From the NCBI GenBank assembly GCA_010093605.1, contig MU004181.1, positions 1,612,001-1,676,000 on the forward strand: 64,000 nt of DNA. The letters are read 5' to 3'. Numbering within the stretch: position 1 is the stretch's first letter; the number at the start of each line of letters is the position of its first letter. The stretch is from Lophium mytilinum. Its lineage: Eukaryota. The notes beneath the pieces were generated by a model, which saw only the letters and a list, made by a program, of their open reading frames with translations, ran no database searches and was not told where the DNA came from. The position numbers were made by a program, and so were the translations under genes. This document shows, piece after piece, positions 1 through 12,505 of this stretch.

Positions 1-525
1 TGCCACCGGTTCTAGAAAACTACGACCTAAGTATGTACAACGAGGTATACAAATTCCTTCCCGAGTTATACATTGGTTACAGCCAATAAAAGTGGCACGT
101 AAGTATGCAACATTGACAATAGCATGAGAACGTCTAAAGTGCTCGTGAAGTGCAGGAGTTCATACTGGGCATAGACGATTGTAGACAACGGTAAGTTTTG
201 GAAGGACATAAGCCATAGGTTACGGATTAGTCTTATCTCTCATACGGCGCCACTTCCGTCGACGATAACTCGCCAAGGTATCTTGTCCATTATCTGCTGA
301 CGCTCAATCGAAAGAGCCTCTGCTTCAAAAATATCGCCGTTTCTTACAATTTTCCACAATACGAAGCATCTCAGGAGAACGCGGCTAGTGAGGGCTATAG
401 GATTCTTGCCCTACCAAGACTTCGATATCCAACGCCCTCTCCGCATCGCATTCGCCTCTTCTCTTTGCAAAATCCCTTCTCATACAGCTCATCCCCAGGC
501 CTCCTCATCCGCTTAGTGAAACCTC

Positions 526-1235
526 CTACCCTCGTCTCCCCATAGGAGTCTCATGAAACGCACTACCAGGAGTCCCATATCTCCTCCGGCTCCCAGGTGT
601 TCCCGACACCCCGCTCCTGCTCCCAGGCGTTCCCGACACGCCCCTCCCGCGCCCACCCTCACCACTCCTCACCGCGGTAATCTTTCCCCCAGGGCCTATA
701 ACCCACGGCGCGCTGGAGAGAGCATACGGTGACAGTCCCTCTCGTATCATCTCATGAAACACCTGAAAGAGCTTCGTATCATAGAATTCGCCGCGATGGT
801 CAACTACCCCCCATATCTTGTTAGCCCACCATATTCAACTCTCTTTAGATGCTTTCTGATGATGCACGAGACTCACGCTTCGCTTGTACAACCTGCACGT
901 TATAGTCCGGCACAAAGCCCCACCGCACCGGGCGCTGCGCCGTCGGCTCCGTCATCACGTCCATACCGTTGGCTTTGTAGGTCGTGACGACGTCGGCGAA
1001 GAAGGCGTCGAAGCGGGGGTGGAGTTTGAATACGTAGCGGTCCCTTTGGTTTGGTTGGATTAGCGACGTGAAGAGGTGAGCTAGGTTTGGGGGAGGGGAA
1101 GTGGGCGTACCAGTTTCCGCGCCTGGAACTGGCGACGATGGTCCAAGTGATATCCTGCTGTGCGGGAGGAAGAGCAGAGGCGAGTTGGGGCGGGCCGAGA
1201 GCTTTCCATTTCTCTTTGTAGGAGATGCGGGCCAT
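526..1235 (-). CDS. Hypothetical protein, 3 exons, C-terminal GTPGS repeats
   Basis: Introns 1044-1110 (GTACGC..GCTAAT..AAG) and 804-876 (GTGAGT..GCTAAC..TAG) join MARISYKEKW...GNWDRYVFKLHPRFDAFF...QAKLDHRGEFYDTKLF to ORF 526-762 in one frame. Confidence 0.7.
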
Positions 1236-1581
1236 ATTTTGGGATGACTAGTGAGGTTGGCGGTGGTTGTGTAGGAGAGGCCTAGTAAAGAAGCGTAGTA
1301 GTATGGAGGTTGGACCGTGGTGTTGAGTAGTTTTTTTTTTGGCTAGGTGGTGAATTGCAATTTCTCTTTTTTACATCGCGACGTCACCGTCTATCACCGG
1401 ATCTTGTCAGAATTTTCAAAAGACAACCTCGAAGAGCGAAAGCAAAGCACTAACTCGATACTTACGACTAGCCAAGTACGCTCAGTAGCCAACTTACTAA
1501 CCTACCGCCTGTTAAGGATCTCCGACACCCGTCTGATCCATCTCGTCCAATACTGAACATACTCCGCCATCCATCTTCCAA

Positions 1582-4230
1582 TCACACTGCAGTCGTCGCC
1601 CTCCTCGCCGTAAACGCCCTCACCGCTTCCGCCATCCGACTGCCTTCCCCGCGTCTCCACCTCCTCCCCTTACCGCGCTCGATCGTGACGTTCGGGCTCA
1701 GTACCACAGCCACGCCGCCATGGGCCTTGGAAACTGGCGTTGTGTGCTCCTCGCTGTTGACCATTACCCCTCCAATAAGTGCTTCCTCTTCATCGCGAAC
1801 AGAAGCGGATCCCCCCAGCTCCAACTCTCGCGTAATGGCTCTCATTCCACCTTGTCTTCCCTGGAACGGATCAGACGCGCTCTCATGCTGCGACTCCGCC
1901 GCATCTATGAACAGCTCAGTGCCAATCTCAACGCCACCAACAGTAATGGAGTGCCCATGGGAGAAGGAATCAGAGCGTGAGGACGAGGTAGAGTCCCATG
2001 ACGCCTCATCTAAGTCCACTCTGCAGCGGAGCTCGCTGAGCATCCCAAACGTAAAGCTCGCCGGTGGGCTACGACCGTGTTGTTTGGATTCACGGGTCGT
2101 CGTGCGGGAGAGCTCGTGCTCGAGGTAAAACGGGGATGGAGAGGGCGATGCGGGATAACGAAGACGACCTTGGGCATCTGACAGGATGGATGAAGAAGAT
2201 GTGGAAATCGAGGAGGAAGGGTGTGGGTGCGTAGAGTCAGTGGCGCGACAGGCGCGTTTCGAAATATTATCGGAAGGTTGAGGGTGCTACAATGGGCTTA
2301 GTTTGGATTCCTGAGTAGTGTGAAGTAACAGGTCAATCGAGAAAGAAGACTTACGCGCTTGCAAGGGGTTTCATCGCCTGTTGAGAGGAAATAATCACCA
2401 CCTCGTAGCCCGTTGCTCCATCGATCGCGTATCAGTCGATCTTGCGTTGCTAGCCCTAGCCACTCCGCTGTCTCCGCTGGGTGGCGCAGAGGCTCGAATT
2501 CACAGTGCTCGTGTGCGCACTCGCCTGTTTGCACTTCCTTCAAGTGATTGACGTTGCTGGCATGCTCTCTATACTTCTCCTGTGCGCTAGCACATTTGTT
2601 TCGTCGGCCGTTTGGGGTCCGGCTCTCCAACTCGCACAACTCTAACCACTTTATGATGGATTGTTCAGCGCCTGCATTGGGGTGCTCTGGGGGCAGCAGC
2701 GGATATGTGGGTTTAAGTCGTAGTGGATTACGGGCCGGGAGCGCTGGGGAGGTCACTTAAGGTGGCAATAAAGTTAGCAAATCTTTCGAAATCAGGGTGA
2801 GGAACCCGGTATTGATGACAGGTGATGCTGCGTGAGACACTCCTTCAGGGAGTTCCAAGACACCACTGTTGGGGGTAGCCTGACTGCTGAGGAGGCAATC
2901 AGTCAAGAGGCAATCTAATCTGCACTGCTTGAAGTTTGACATCGCCCTCGAGTCTTCGAACCCCTGTGGGGGTACCCCAAGCAGCGGCGTACTAGTGGAC
3001 AGCGGTTGCCTTGGAATACTCCCTGAGTAGTTTTTTCAAACAGACATTGCTGGGAAACTTTTTATCTGTGTTGGGGGCTTACGTACTCAAGAAGGTAGAG
3101 TCGCCAGACCAGGTTGAGGATGTGGGGAGATGAGGCGGAGAACCTTGAGGCATGAACGAATTTGGCGGTGGTTGTGGCTGATGGAGTAGCTGGAAAAGAT
3201 ATTTGGCTGCGATTGAGTGCGGTGCGTCGGCAGGAACTGCGCGGCTGGATGGCTTTTCGGAGGTAGATTGGGAGGTTTCCTGGGGAAGTCTATGGGTTTG
3301 ACGCTGCCGTGCATCGTGATATTGGGGAAGATCACCGAGGGAGCTCTTTTGACTGGGCTGACAATCGCTGCCAGGCACGTTGGCCGCAGAGGCTCGGCGA
3401 TTAGGGGCGTCATGCTGAGTCTGACCCTTGAGGTGATCCATAGACTTAGTTTTTAGTTGCATTGGCTGGGCCTGAGATCCAGCTTGAGGCTCGACTCCTG
3501 TCCTACTTGACGTCTTCTCCAGCAGTTCAGGCGGTACCCGGGCTGATATCCCACCTCTTCTCCACGGGGGCGACAAAGGCCGCTGGTAAGCTTCACTCTT
3601 TCTCCATGACTTGCGCAACGGGCTTTCGTCGGTATGCAAGTCTGTGAGCTTTCGATTCCAAGGCGCTCTTCGAGGCGCGGAATCTTGGATTGCAATGGAA
3701 ATTCCTCCACTACTACCAATGCTAGAATTTTCAACGCTTAAGTTAGGACTCAAAGAGTCTGTTGTAACTTGGCTAACCTGTCGCTGGTTGTGTAGCGGGG
3801 TGCCGGTAGTGCCCAGTGAGATTGCAGATACGTCATGCTGCAAACCGTTTTTAAACGGGGTATGTAAGGTACTTTGCTGAGTCCTTGGAGGAGCATAAAA
3901 CAAAGGAGTGAAGTTTTCTTGCCGAGCATCACGAAAGACCTTTCGCATTTGTGTGGAATGGCTAGGGCGGGCAGGGCTATCGAGGACGCGGGCATAATTT
4001 CGGCGGCTAGTACAAAGATCTGAATCTCCATGCACCCAGCTGACCCTATTATGTTCACTTAAGGGTGGTAGCGAATGCTTCAGAGTCTCCACGGAGCATA
4101 CTTCCTCGAGAGACTCGAGGTTGTGCGGCTGGGCGACCCCATGGTAAAGACTATTTTGATCCGGTGATTGGAGCCAAACACCACCCGGAGGTGATTGGTT
4201 ATCCTTGAAGCTGGGTGGATCAGGCGACAA
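1582..4230 (-). CDS. Hypothetical Ser/Pro-rich low-complexity protein, 3 exons (~750 aa)
   Basis: ORFs 3079-4230, 2298-2756 and 1582-2043 are joined in phase by introns 2756-3086 (GTACGT..GCTAAC..AAG) and 2287-2354 (GTAAGT..CTAAG..TAG). Confidence 0.65.
2859..2997 (-). repeat. Copy 1 of a 138-nt dispersed structured repeat, inside a 331-nt intron
   Basis: Its reverse complement aligns to 27371-27508 with about 15 substitutions and 1 indel (manual alignment). Confidence 0.85.
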
Positions 4231-5000
4231 AACTTGCTGGTCTCGGGACGACAGTGGGCCCCTGGAGTTGCCATCCTAGAGATTGTGTAAGCGTCTTGAA
4301 GATAGGATGGTGCCTCTTGAGTGAACGTGGGAGGGAGGACTTACACCAGAGAAACCAGACGTGCCAAATTTTGCCATGACGCAAAGAGGTACACCTGCAA
4401 TTGATGAATCGGGGAGCATAGACATGCGCTGGGATAGATGCTGCTTTGGATGATCTGAGGCGGGATAATATCCAGAAATGAAACGCCGCGATGAATTCAA
4501 AACGAGTCGGTCGAGTAGTTGAGGGGAGTATGGTCTCTCTAAGAGCATGAGCATCGCGTGAAGAAGCCGTCAGCGACTTGGTCGGCCGCAACTGCTTCAC
4601 AAAGCCACAGCAGGAACATCGAAGGACCCACAGAGTCTGGTAATCACATCGGGAAGCGCGATGAGATTCATCGCTACGATGCCCAGACTGCAGTGAGCAG
4701 CACGTGAATGCCACCGAAACCATTTCGTGGAAAAGACTTGAGGCTAATCAAATGTGGTGAAATCATTGTGAAATAGGTATAACGGAGATGAAAGATGACT
4801 AGTCAAAGAGAGCGCGAACTGTGGACGAGACACTAAAATCATTGTCGAAGTTGAAGGAGCATTCCAACCTTGGAAGTGAAATGTTCCCAGGTGCCAAAGT
4901 GAAAAGAGCCACATTTGGGGTCCCAGCCCGATATTTCGCTGGTCCTAAGTAAGGGCTTAAAGAGTAAATAATTTTGGCAGGTCTCCAATCAATGTATTCA

Positions 5001-5237
5001 GCAGCTTCCGGTCGGTCGCCACCCTGGGGGTGTAAGCCATACGTTGCCTGTCGCCGAGGGTTCGATTCCCGAAGTAGTCAGAGACGGACAAAATGTAATT
5101 GCACTTGATAAAAGGCTGCATGGGTTTCGTAGTGGAGGCGGCCCGATCCTGAAGTGATTTAATGGGGTCCGCTACGACAGTCAGGGTGGGGGCTGTCTGA
5201 GAGGTAAGTCTTATTTTGGTAAGTTATTTTTCTTTTT
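5001..5237 (+). ncRNA. Candidate structured, possibly Pol III, ncRNA (unidentified)
   Basis: B-box GGTTCGATTCC at 5059-5069; nested helices CCACCCTG/CAGGGTGG, TCGTAGTGGA/TCCGCTACGA and GCAGCTT/GGGCTGT; T-runs at 5227-5237. Confidence 0.4.
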
Positions 5238-5985
5238 GCCTGGATCAGGTTGGGACGGAAGGGTAGCGATGATGTGACCTTAATTCACCGATATAGTCAC
5301 AGACTGAGGTGAGTTCTCGGCTGCTAAATGCGCTTCTGGTAGCAGTGCTACCTATATACACGGTTGAGAACGAGAAATACGGTCCGTTACCGCTGTAGGA
5401 CGAGTTGAGGTCAGATACGTCGGAGCACAAACCCCGAAGAGCGGAAATGAGATGTACTGGTGTTTCTGTTCCGAAGGTTGTTGCAGTCTTACAGCTACGG
5501 TATCCCCAGCTGCATCAAGACTAGAGGCTGGATAAGATGGATTTCAGGAAGAGACGTGCAGCAAGGACGCTGTGCGAGAGATGTGGTCTCGGGGACGTGC
5601 ATAATTCGGCGATCCCGCTAAGGGCTCGCGACTATTCCAATCTTGGGATGCACAGAAGGTACACAACACAGGCACTGGGCATTGATAATCGAGACGGATA
5701 TAGTTGACCAGGTTTGTACCCATTGCACGCGGAATAAAGTGTGCTTTTAGACAAGAGCATGAATCCCCTACTCTCCGTTTACTCAATGGAATTCTCTCTT
5801 TCTTCACGTGACCTTCCATACAGCTCCTGAGCCAACTATTTCATGTTTCCAGTACGCGTGCTTACTTGCACGCCTACGCAGAACCTTCTGCCAATCGACT
5901 CAACTCAATCAGTAATCCATGGCAGAGTATTGGGCTCACAAATGGAGCTGCAAAGACCACGAATAGGGAACTATAGTAAGATTCA

Positions 5986-6233
5986 CGGATCGATGTAGAG
6001 ACAAACACGCACGACAGCTACGAGATGGAACGAAAACCCGCCGTTTGAATCTATTATCTTTCGAAGAGCACATGTTGAGAAAGAGCAATCACAGGGTGTT
6101 GTATCCCGCCCTCCCCAACGCAGCATTAGCGACAGTCATCGCAGGCGTTATAGTCGCAATGTTTCCAGAGGATGACCAGGTTAGCAGTAGTAGTAGTTGC
6201 GAAGGAGGTTAGTAGGAGTCAAGATGCCTTCAT
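5986..6233 (-). pseudogene. Possible relic of a small secreted Cys-rich protein gene
   Basis: CCACCATG context; MKAS*LLLTSFATTTTANLVILWKHCDYNACDDCR*CCVG, then a frameshift to DTTPCDCSFSTC. Confidence 0.3.
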
Positions 6234-8742
6234 GGTGGTAGTCACTAGAGGGGATGACCCGAGAAGCCTCGGGATGTGATTGAGCTACCTGCTCTTGCCG
6301 AGCGTTGAAGGCCCCTCTCAAAATCAAATTTCCACAGTGAAGCGAGATGAGGCTCTGTCGTATAGGAAGGAAGTGTTTCGTCGAAGACCTGATCTGTCAC
6401 AACTCGGCGCATGAGCCTATGAAAAACCTTTGGACACAATTCGTAATATCAGATTGGATATAGGAGGCGGACGAAGAAAGATACATGAGAACAACAAGAA
6501 CGGCGATTACGAGGGACGCCTACCTGCCACGTGCCTGCGTCATTGCGACTGTACATGAGGGGAGGGGAGAGTAGCCGGATGTCAGATCCGAGAGTTGTGG
6601 TCAATCCTCCTTCCAATCAGCAGCAAGCGTGGGAAGATGAAGGAACTGCAGTTCACGATGAGGTCGTGATAGCGGTCTGCATCCTGGTCCTCCGATTGCC
6701 GTGGGATCCCGGGCTCGTCATACGAATTGTCCGGAGGAAGTCGCTATTCATAGCTTGTCCCGATGACAACATGCGATGAATTTCTTCCGGTGGTTTGAGA
6801 AGAAATGAGGAGAGCGGAACGTGTTCGTCGGCGACGAGGGTGGCTTGTTATTGCAGGGCTTGAGCGAATAAGACGCAGAATCCTGGCAATCTGGCGAAGT
6901 GCGGGATGCTTCACAGTGGTCCTCGTGCAGCCGTCCCCGCTTTGCATCTGGAGACCCGGATGGCGGTGAGGGCGCGGGCCCGTCGAGGGACATGTCGTGA
7001 AGATAGCCGTCCACAGCAGCATCACTGTACTCTCTTGCTGGGTTGTAGTTGCACGGTACCGGTGTCCGTGGCAAAAACACGAAGCACCAGAAGGCCGATT
7101 CATGGGGAGGCCGTATCGAGGCCGGGGACATGCTACATAGACTGCACGCACGGCCGGCCCAGGCTCAGTCATCTCGCCGTGGCATCAACTCCAGACACGC
7201 CAGGCTGCCTGGCTATTTCGGGCGCAGGAGAGGCAGGCCGATGATCAGAGAGAGCGACAGTAGATGACTGGGTACGATGTCGACGGTGGTTGCGCAACCC
7301 AACGGCGTGCTCGGGTTGAGCCCGACCCCACAGCGGCCTCATCGCGGCGTGCCTCTGGTCTTCTTTCTTTCTTCGGGATCGTCGTGGCCGGCTCCTCGTG
7401 GGCGGGCGTGGTGGCGGATGCGTTTCACCAGTGCTCGCGGCTTGGCCTATTGCGGGCTACGCTCGACGGGACAATGCCCCTGGAGCGGGCCCATAACGCC
7501 GTCGCCGGGACTGCCTCGCTTCAAATCTGCCCAAGCGTCGGTGGAGACGTGCTGCGAGCTGGGATTGATGCCCGTGCGCCTGACCGAGAGATCGCGGCCT
7601 TCAGCTTGACCCGTTGGCTGTCTCCTCTCCTTTGCCGACAACCTCACCTCCTCCCTTACCACGGCACCTGGAGGCCACTGGGACCACGGGCTTGACCCTC
7701 TTCTTCTCGCGACCGTGTCGTTTCTTCTTTTGCCCCTCGTTGTCCATCGCCTCCGCAAGACTGACCCAGGACCTCCCCTACACCAAGCAAGTCTCCCAGA
7801 ACCACGACGCCTGTCCGCGAACTTCTGCACCCACAACTCAATTGCCTGCCAGCTACCGCGATCGCCGAAAGACAGCCCTCCGACACCGCGAGTTTGACCT
7901 GACCGAGGCCCATGCCATGCCATTGCTGTGATCGCGTACGTTGACTACTTTTTTCTGAAACCCGCTTTTGGTAGTCTGAAAGCACTTTTTGCAACAACTT
8001 CTGTTACAACCACACGGCACCAACCTACCTACTGCACTCCCCTTCTCTTCCCCGTTTTTCGCCGTGAACTCCTGCAAGCCACTCCGATCCCACCAGTCTC
8101 AACGCGCTCCCAAATTGCCCTATCATTCCGGGAATGTCCAATGGACCCTGCTTTATTCTTCTCCGCTCTAAGCCAGGCATTATTTTCTGACCACGATAGG
8201 ACGTTGCAGCTTCCAACACCTCCCGATCCATACCTAGGTACACTGCACGCCACAGTCTCCATATAGTCGATTTCGCCTCGTCTGAAACCCAGTCCACCCG
8301 ATCGTCGTCGGTCCTGGATCCTATTATTCGCGCACTGTCCCGAGCGGTGCTCTAGAGCTCTATTGCTTACCTACATCCTGTAGCATTCGCTGCGCCGACG
8401 TCCATTTCATGCCATTGCGTTGACAATCGCATGAAGCTTCAAATTCGCCGGACCATTTGGAATACCCAACACAATTGAACGCGCTGGACGAGTCCTACGG
8501 AACACCGCTCTTCCTTTCGTACCCACTGTACATTTCCACGTCATTCGTTTGTCCGCTAGCGGACGCTCCCTTTGGATTGAACGGCTGGATACATTTTACG
8601 CGACCGACAAACGACCGCAGGATCGCCCGCTGCAGCTGTGCGCACACAGTCCTGTCTCTCGCATACCCATCATTACTCCTCAACCCACTGACTCTGTGTC
8701 GGTCGACAGACACAATCTTATCCACGATTCCTTCCAGCTTAG

Positions 8743-11481
8743 ATGAGTTATGACCGGCAAGCAGACATGCCTTCGGGCAGGTCTGCAGCCAACCAAGATG
8801 CAGACGGAGCGACGAGGGGGGGCTCTGTACGGGCTGCTCGGGAAAGAATGCTAGCCGCACAGCGTCACCAGGCTCCAGGGGGGTCTCCGGAACGATCACG
8901 CATCGTGGGACTGCCAGCACGACCAAACCAGTTGGTGTCCCAGTTCTCTGTGCAGAAGCCACAGCAGATCCCAACTCCACCCTCGAGCAGCGAAGGTCTT
9001 GCTACGGCAGTGTCACCGACGCCACAATGGCCATTGCCAAACGATGCCGAAGATGCCACCATTAGCTCTGCGTCCCAACCACAGACACGGGGCACAGACC
9101 GTGGTCCTCCTCCTCAACGGCCGCCGAGGCCGAGTTATGTTCCAGACATAGTGAATCATCCCAGACCGACAGACCTACCTATACAACCGCCTCAGCCAGT
9201 TCCTATGGTCCCGGAACTGACATATCAGGATGAGGATTATCTTTCGCCCTCATACGGAACGACGTCGTCAAGTTCGAGACCCTTGACCCAATCCTCAGCT
9301 GCTTCGGAAGCTTCCTCATTAGGCTCAATACCAGACTTCCCTGTCCCTGCCCAACCGCTTCCTCGGCGGAGTCCAAACATTGGCCCACCACCCTCCGCTC
9401 GTCGAGGACCATCGTCGTACTATTCGCAAATGTCATATGTCTCGCCTATTGTGGAAGAGGCTGAGACATACAGGTCACATCATGGCTCTTATGCGTCGAG
9501 TAATGTAATACCATCGAATGTACAAGATTTTTATTTCGACGAGGACGCGTCGCCTTCCGACGACGACAGACCAATCTCGATTGAGAATGGACGTGAATCG
9601 CGAGCCGGCGACCATGACGAGCAAAGTGGACTGGTTCGACAAGCAAGTATTGGCAGGCGAACGAAGCCCTCTCTGACAACAATCAAGTCAGGTGACAGTC
9701 TCCGAGCAGACGAACGTGCTTCTAGCAAACGCAAGGCGGAGAAAAAGAAGCAGGGGTTAGTTGCGCAAGCTGCCATCGCTGCGGGTGCTACAGGTGGTGC
9801 GTTTGCGGCCGGTATGGGTGCAACACGAGAGCAGCAAATCTCCCGAAATTCGTCGCGGGGCTCTGGAGGGCCCGGGAGTGATTCGTTGAGTAGTGGAACG
9901 GGTCTCCTCGATCCTTCATCTTCATCCTCTTCCGAATCTCTGGACTCTATGAATCCTAGGAAGAACAACTCTGCAGGAGAACTAAGACCCATGCCAGCTC
10001 AAGCACGATCCCGCTCTCCTCTAGCTCCCCACGACTCGAAGCCGGCCCATAGCCCTCGCGATTACGAAAAGGAAGACTTCGACTCTCCAATTCACCCATT
10101 GCAGATGCCGACGCGACAGCCGTCGTCACTGGCGGAACGCGTTGGAAAACGCAGACCTCCTCGCCTAAATGTCGACGCTGTTAGAGAGGCTGAGGCACGA
10201 GGCAGCTTGACCAGTCTTCCGGATCTCATCAGACGTGCGACTCGCCTCGCAGCGAACCTTGATCGTGGAAAAACAGCCAGTAGACTAGGAATGGACTTTT
10301 TTGCCGCGTCTGACCTGGAGAAGAGAGACGGGGAGCACCGCACATCTGGTTCATTATCTGATATACTTGCATCATTCCCGCCCCCTGGCCTAGCAACTCC
10401 TGATGGCGGTTACTCTCCCCACAACCGGCGCATGTCAAGATGGCCATCGGGTCTAGCCATGGCTGAGGCCGCTTCGATGGGCGACACAGAGCCTAGGAAA
10501 TCTGAGCGTCGACGCCGACGGTGCTGTGGTATGCCTTTATGGGCCTTCATCCTTCTTTTGATCGTTTTGTTGCTCCTCGTCGCAGCCGCTGTCGTCATCC
10601 CAATCGTTCTTATCGTCCTTCCGCGGATGCGAGACAATAAGCACTCCGCATCCAATCCAGGAACCACTAGCCAAGCCAGCCAATGCGCCGCATCTCTCAC
10701 GTGCCAGAATGGTGGTGTGGCAATCGTCAACCCAGACGCCTCGTGCAGTTGCCTATGTACCAACGGCTTTACTGGTAAAACATGTACCAGCGGCACCGAC
10801 TCTGGCTGTACTACCCAAGACGTGGATGGCATCAAGAGCGCTACTCTAGGCAACGCTCTACCTCGCTTATTGGAAGACTCGCAAACAAACTATAGCATCC
10901 CTCTGAACGCTTCGCTCCTCCTTTCTCTCTTCTCCTCCACCAACCTAAGCTGCACCTCGGAAAACGCTCTCGTCACGTTCAATGGCCTGTCCTCCCGCTC
11001 CGTTGACGTTAACCTGCCTCTGCTCGATACCTTGGACCCACCGCCTGCTTTATCAGCCGCAATCCCAACCCTGACGCCACGTGCTGAGGCCCGTCACATC
11101 CAGGCCCGTCAAGATCGCGCTACCAGTAACGGCCTCATTATCGCGGCTTCTGCAACCTCACCTCCCACTTCAACCCGCACTGGTGGTGGGTCTCCAGCGG
11201 CGACCGGGACCCTCGCTACCGTGAACAACGCCACCGCGCTCGACTTCGCCCGTGTAGGTGTACTTCTCGTGCTGCAGGAGTCTCGTCAAATGGACACGGC
11301 GGTCGCGGCGCAAGAAAACCTGCAGACCTTCTTTGAGGGACGCAGCGACAACAGTGACAACGCTGGCAGCGTCGATTTGGGAAGTAGCTTCTCCATTGAC
11401 CTCGTCAATCTCACGATCAGCCTAAGCAACGGGACTGTAGTTGGCTCCGGAGCCGCGGGCAACGCCACCAAAACTCGGTGA
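8743..11481 (+). CDS. Single-pass membrane protein with long disordered N terminus and EGF-like Cys module
   Basis: 912-aa intronless ORF; RRRRRCCGMPLW followed by a long hydrophobic helix, then CQNGG..CSCLCTNGFTGKTC (EGF-like). Confidence 0.85.
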   Translation: MSYDRQADMPSGRSAANQDADGATRGGSVRAARERMLAAQRHQAPGGSPERSRIVGLPARPNQLVSQFSVQKPQQIPTPPSSSEGLATAVSPTPQWPLPNDAEDATISSASQPQTRGTDRGPPPQRPPRPSYVPDIVNHPRPTDLPIQPPQPVPMVPELTYQDEDYLSPSYGTTSSSSRPLTQSSAASEASSLGSIPDFPVPAQPLPRRSPNIGPPPSARRGPSSYYSQMSYVSPIVEEAETYRSHHGSYASSNVIPSNVQDFYFDEDASPSDDDRPISIENGRESRAGDHDEQSGLVRQASIGRRTKPSLTTIKSGDSLRADERASSKRKAEKKKQGLVAQAAIAAGATGGAFAAGMGATREQQISRNSSRGSGGPGSDSLSSGTGLLDPSSSSSSESLDSMNPRKNNSAGELRPMPAQARSRSPLAPHDSKPAHSPRDYEKEDFDSPIHPLQMPTRQPSSLAERVGKRRPPRLNVDAVREAEARGSLTSLPDLIRRATRLAANLDRGKTASRLGMDFFAASDLEKRDGEHRTSGSLSDILASFPPPGLATPDGGYSPHNRRMSRWPSGLAMAEAASMGDTEPRKSERRRRRCCGMPLWAFILLLIVLLLLVAAAVVIPIVLIVLPRMRDNKHSASNPGTTSQASQCAASLTCQNGGVAIVNPDASCSCLCTNGFTGKTCTSGTDSGCTTQDVDGIKSATLGNALPRLLEDSQTNYSIPLNASLLLSLFSSTNLSCTSENALVTFNGLSSRSVDVNLPLLDTLDPPPALSAAIPTLTPRAEARHIQARQDRATSNGLIIAASATSPPTSTRTGGGSPAATGTLATVNNATALDFARVGVLLVLQESRQMDTAVAAQENLQTFFEGRSDNSDNAGSVDLGSSFSIDLVNLTISLSNGTVVGSGAAGNATKTR

Positions 11482-12505
11482 CACGTCAAGAGAGGAGCCC
11501 GTATCGAACCCCCAGTTCTCATTTGTCTATACCCCGGACCTAGTAACCCATATTTATACCCGATAACCTGCTCCGAGGAGCGTTCTTATCCAGGATACCC
11601 GCCATCCATACTTCATCTACATTCCCTCCATACCTCTTTACTTTCTTCTATCTACCACTATTTTGTTCACTTCACAACTATCCTTCATCATCTTACCATC
11701 TAGCGCGCAGCTCGCGTCGCATCAACGAGGCCTGCCTCATCTACCTGCTTTCCTTCGCATATCTCATTTCTCATTTAGCGTATCTAGCACTGGCGGCGCG
11801 TGATGCTTCGCGCTTACACGCGCTTGAATTCAAGTATCCCGTTTCTTTGCAAGTCTTCTGTTCTACTCCCACCGCCTGTCTTGATGACGGGACGCTGGTC
11901 TTGTTTTGTGTATTTTCTATTAGGGCTGGGGAGGTAATGGCTGTGCCTTGCTTTGCGAAGAAGAGGAAGACGAAAAGAGGCGTGCGCTGCGACACGAAGT
12001 GTAGTGCGAATTGTACATATTACGAGATCCCGCCTGTCTCTTGGATGCGGTAATGCCGAAATACAACGAGCAATATCATATCATATGAACCTTACGGTCC
12101 CACTTCTCGTGAGAACTTGGATATCAGGTGCGATGTAAGGATGTTTTGGGGCGCGTTTTTGCATGCTGAAGCACCCCGGAGCTATTTGCTTTCAAATGAT
12201 TCCGGCCTTGTGACTCAGTACTCGCGATTCCTAGCCGAAATCGCAAATCTTTTGCCGTCAACGTGGATATCAAACCGCAGATTTTTGCTTGGCGAGCGAC
12301 CTCCATGCATTGTAGACTCCACACTACTTGGTGCGCCAAGGAGTGCCATTTTGGGCGAGATCAGGAGAGAGACATAAAGCCAAGCGCCAGTATTCATGAT
12401 ACGACTTCCCTTCGACGTATATCTACAATCCTTCTGCTACTAGCCCTTCTCTTCCTCTAACACTTCCTCGCCTTATTTCGCTTCCGCACAGCCTCACGCC
12501 TCTAC

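Noticed and set aside
7940..7985. U-rich stem-loop resembling a telomerase pseudoknot
   Set aside because: No second-stem partner and no template found nearby.
6500..8700. Many overlapping ORFs in a GC-rich region
   Set aside because: No recognisable domain or consistent exon chain; probably the promoter or leader of the 8743 gene.
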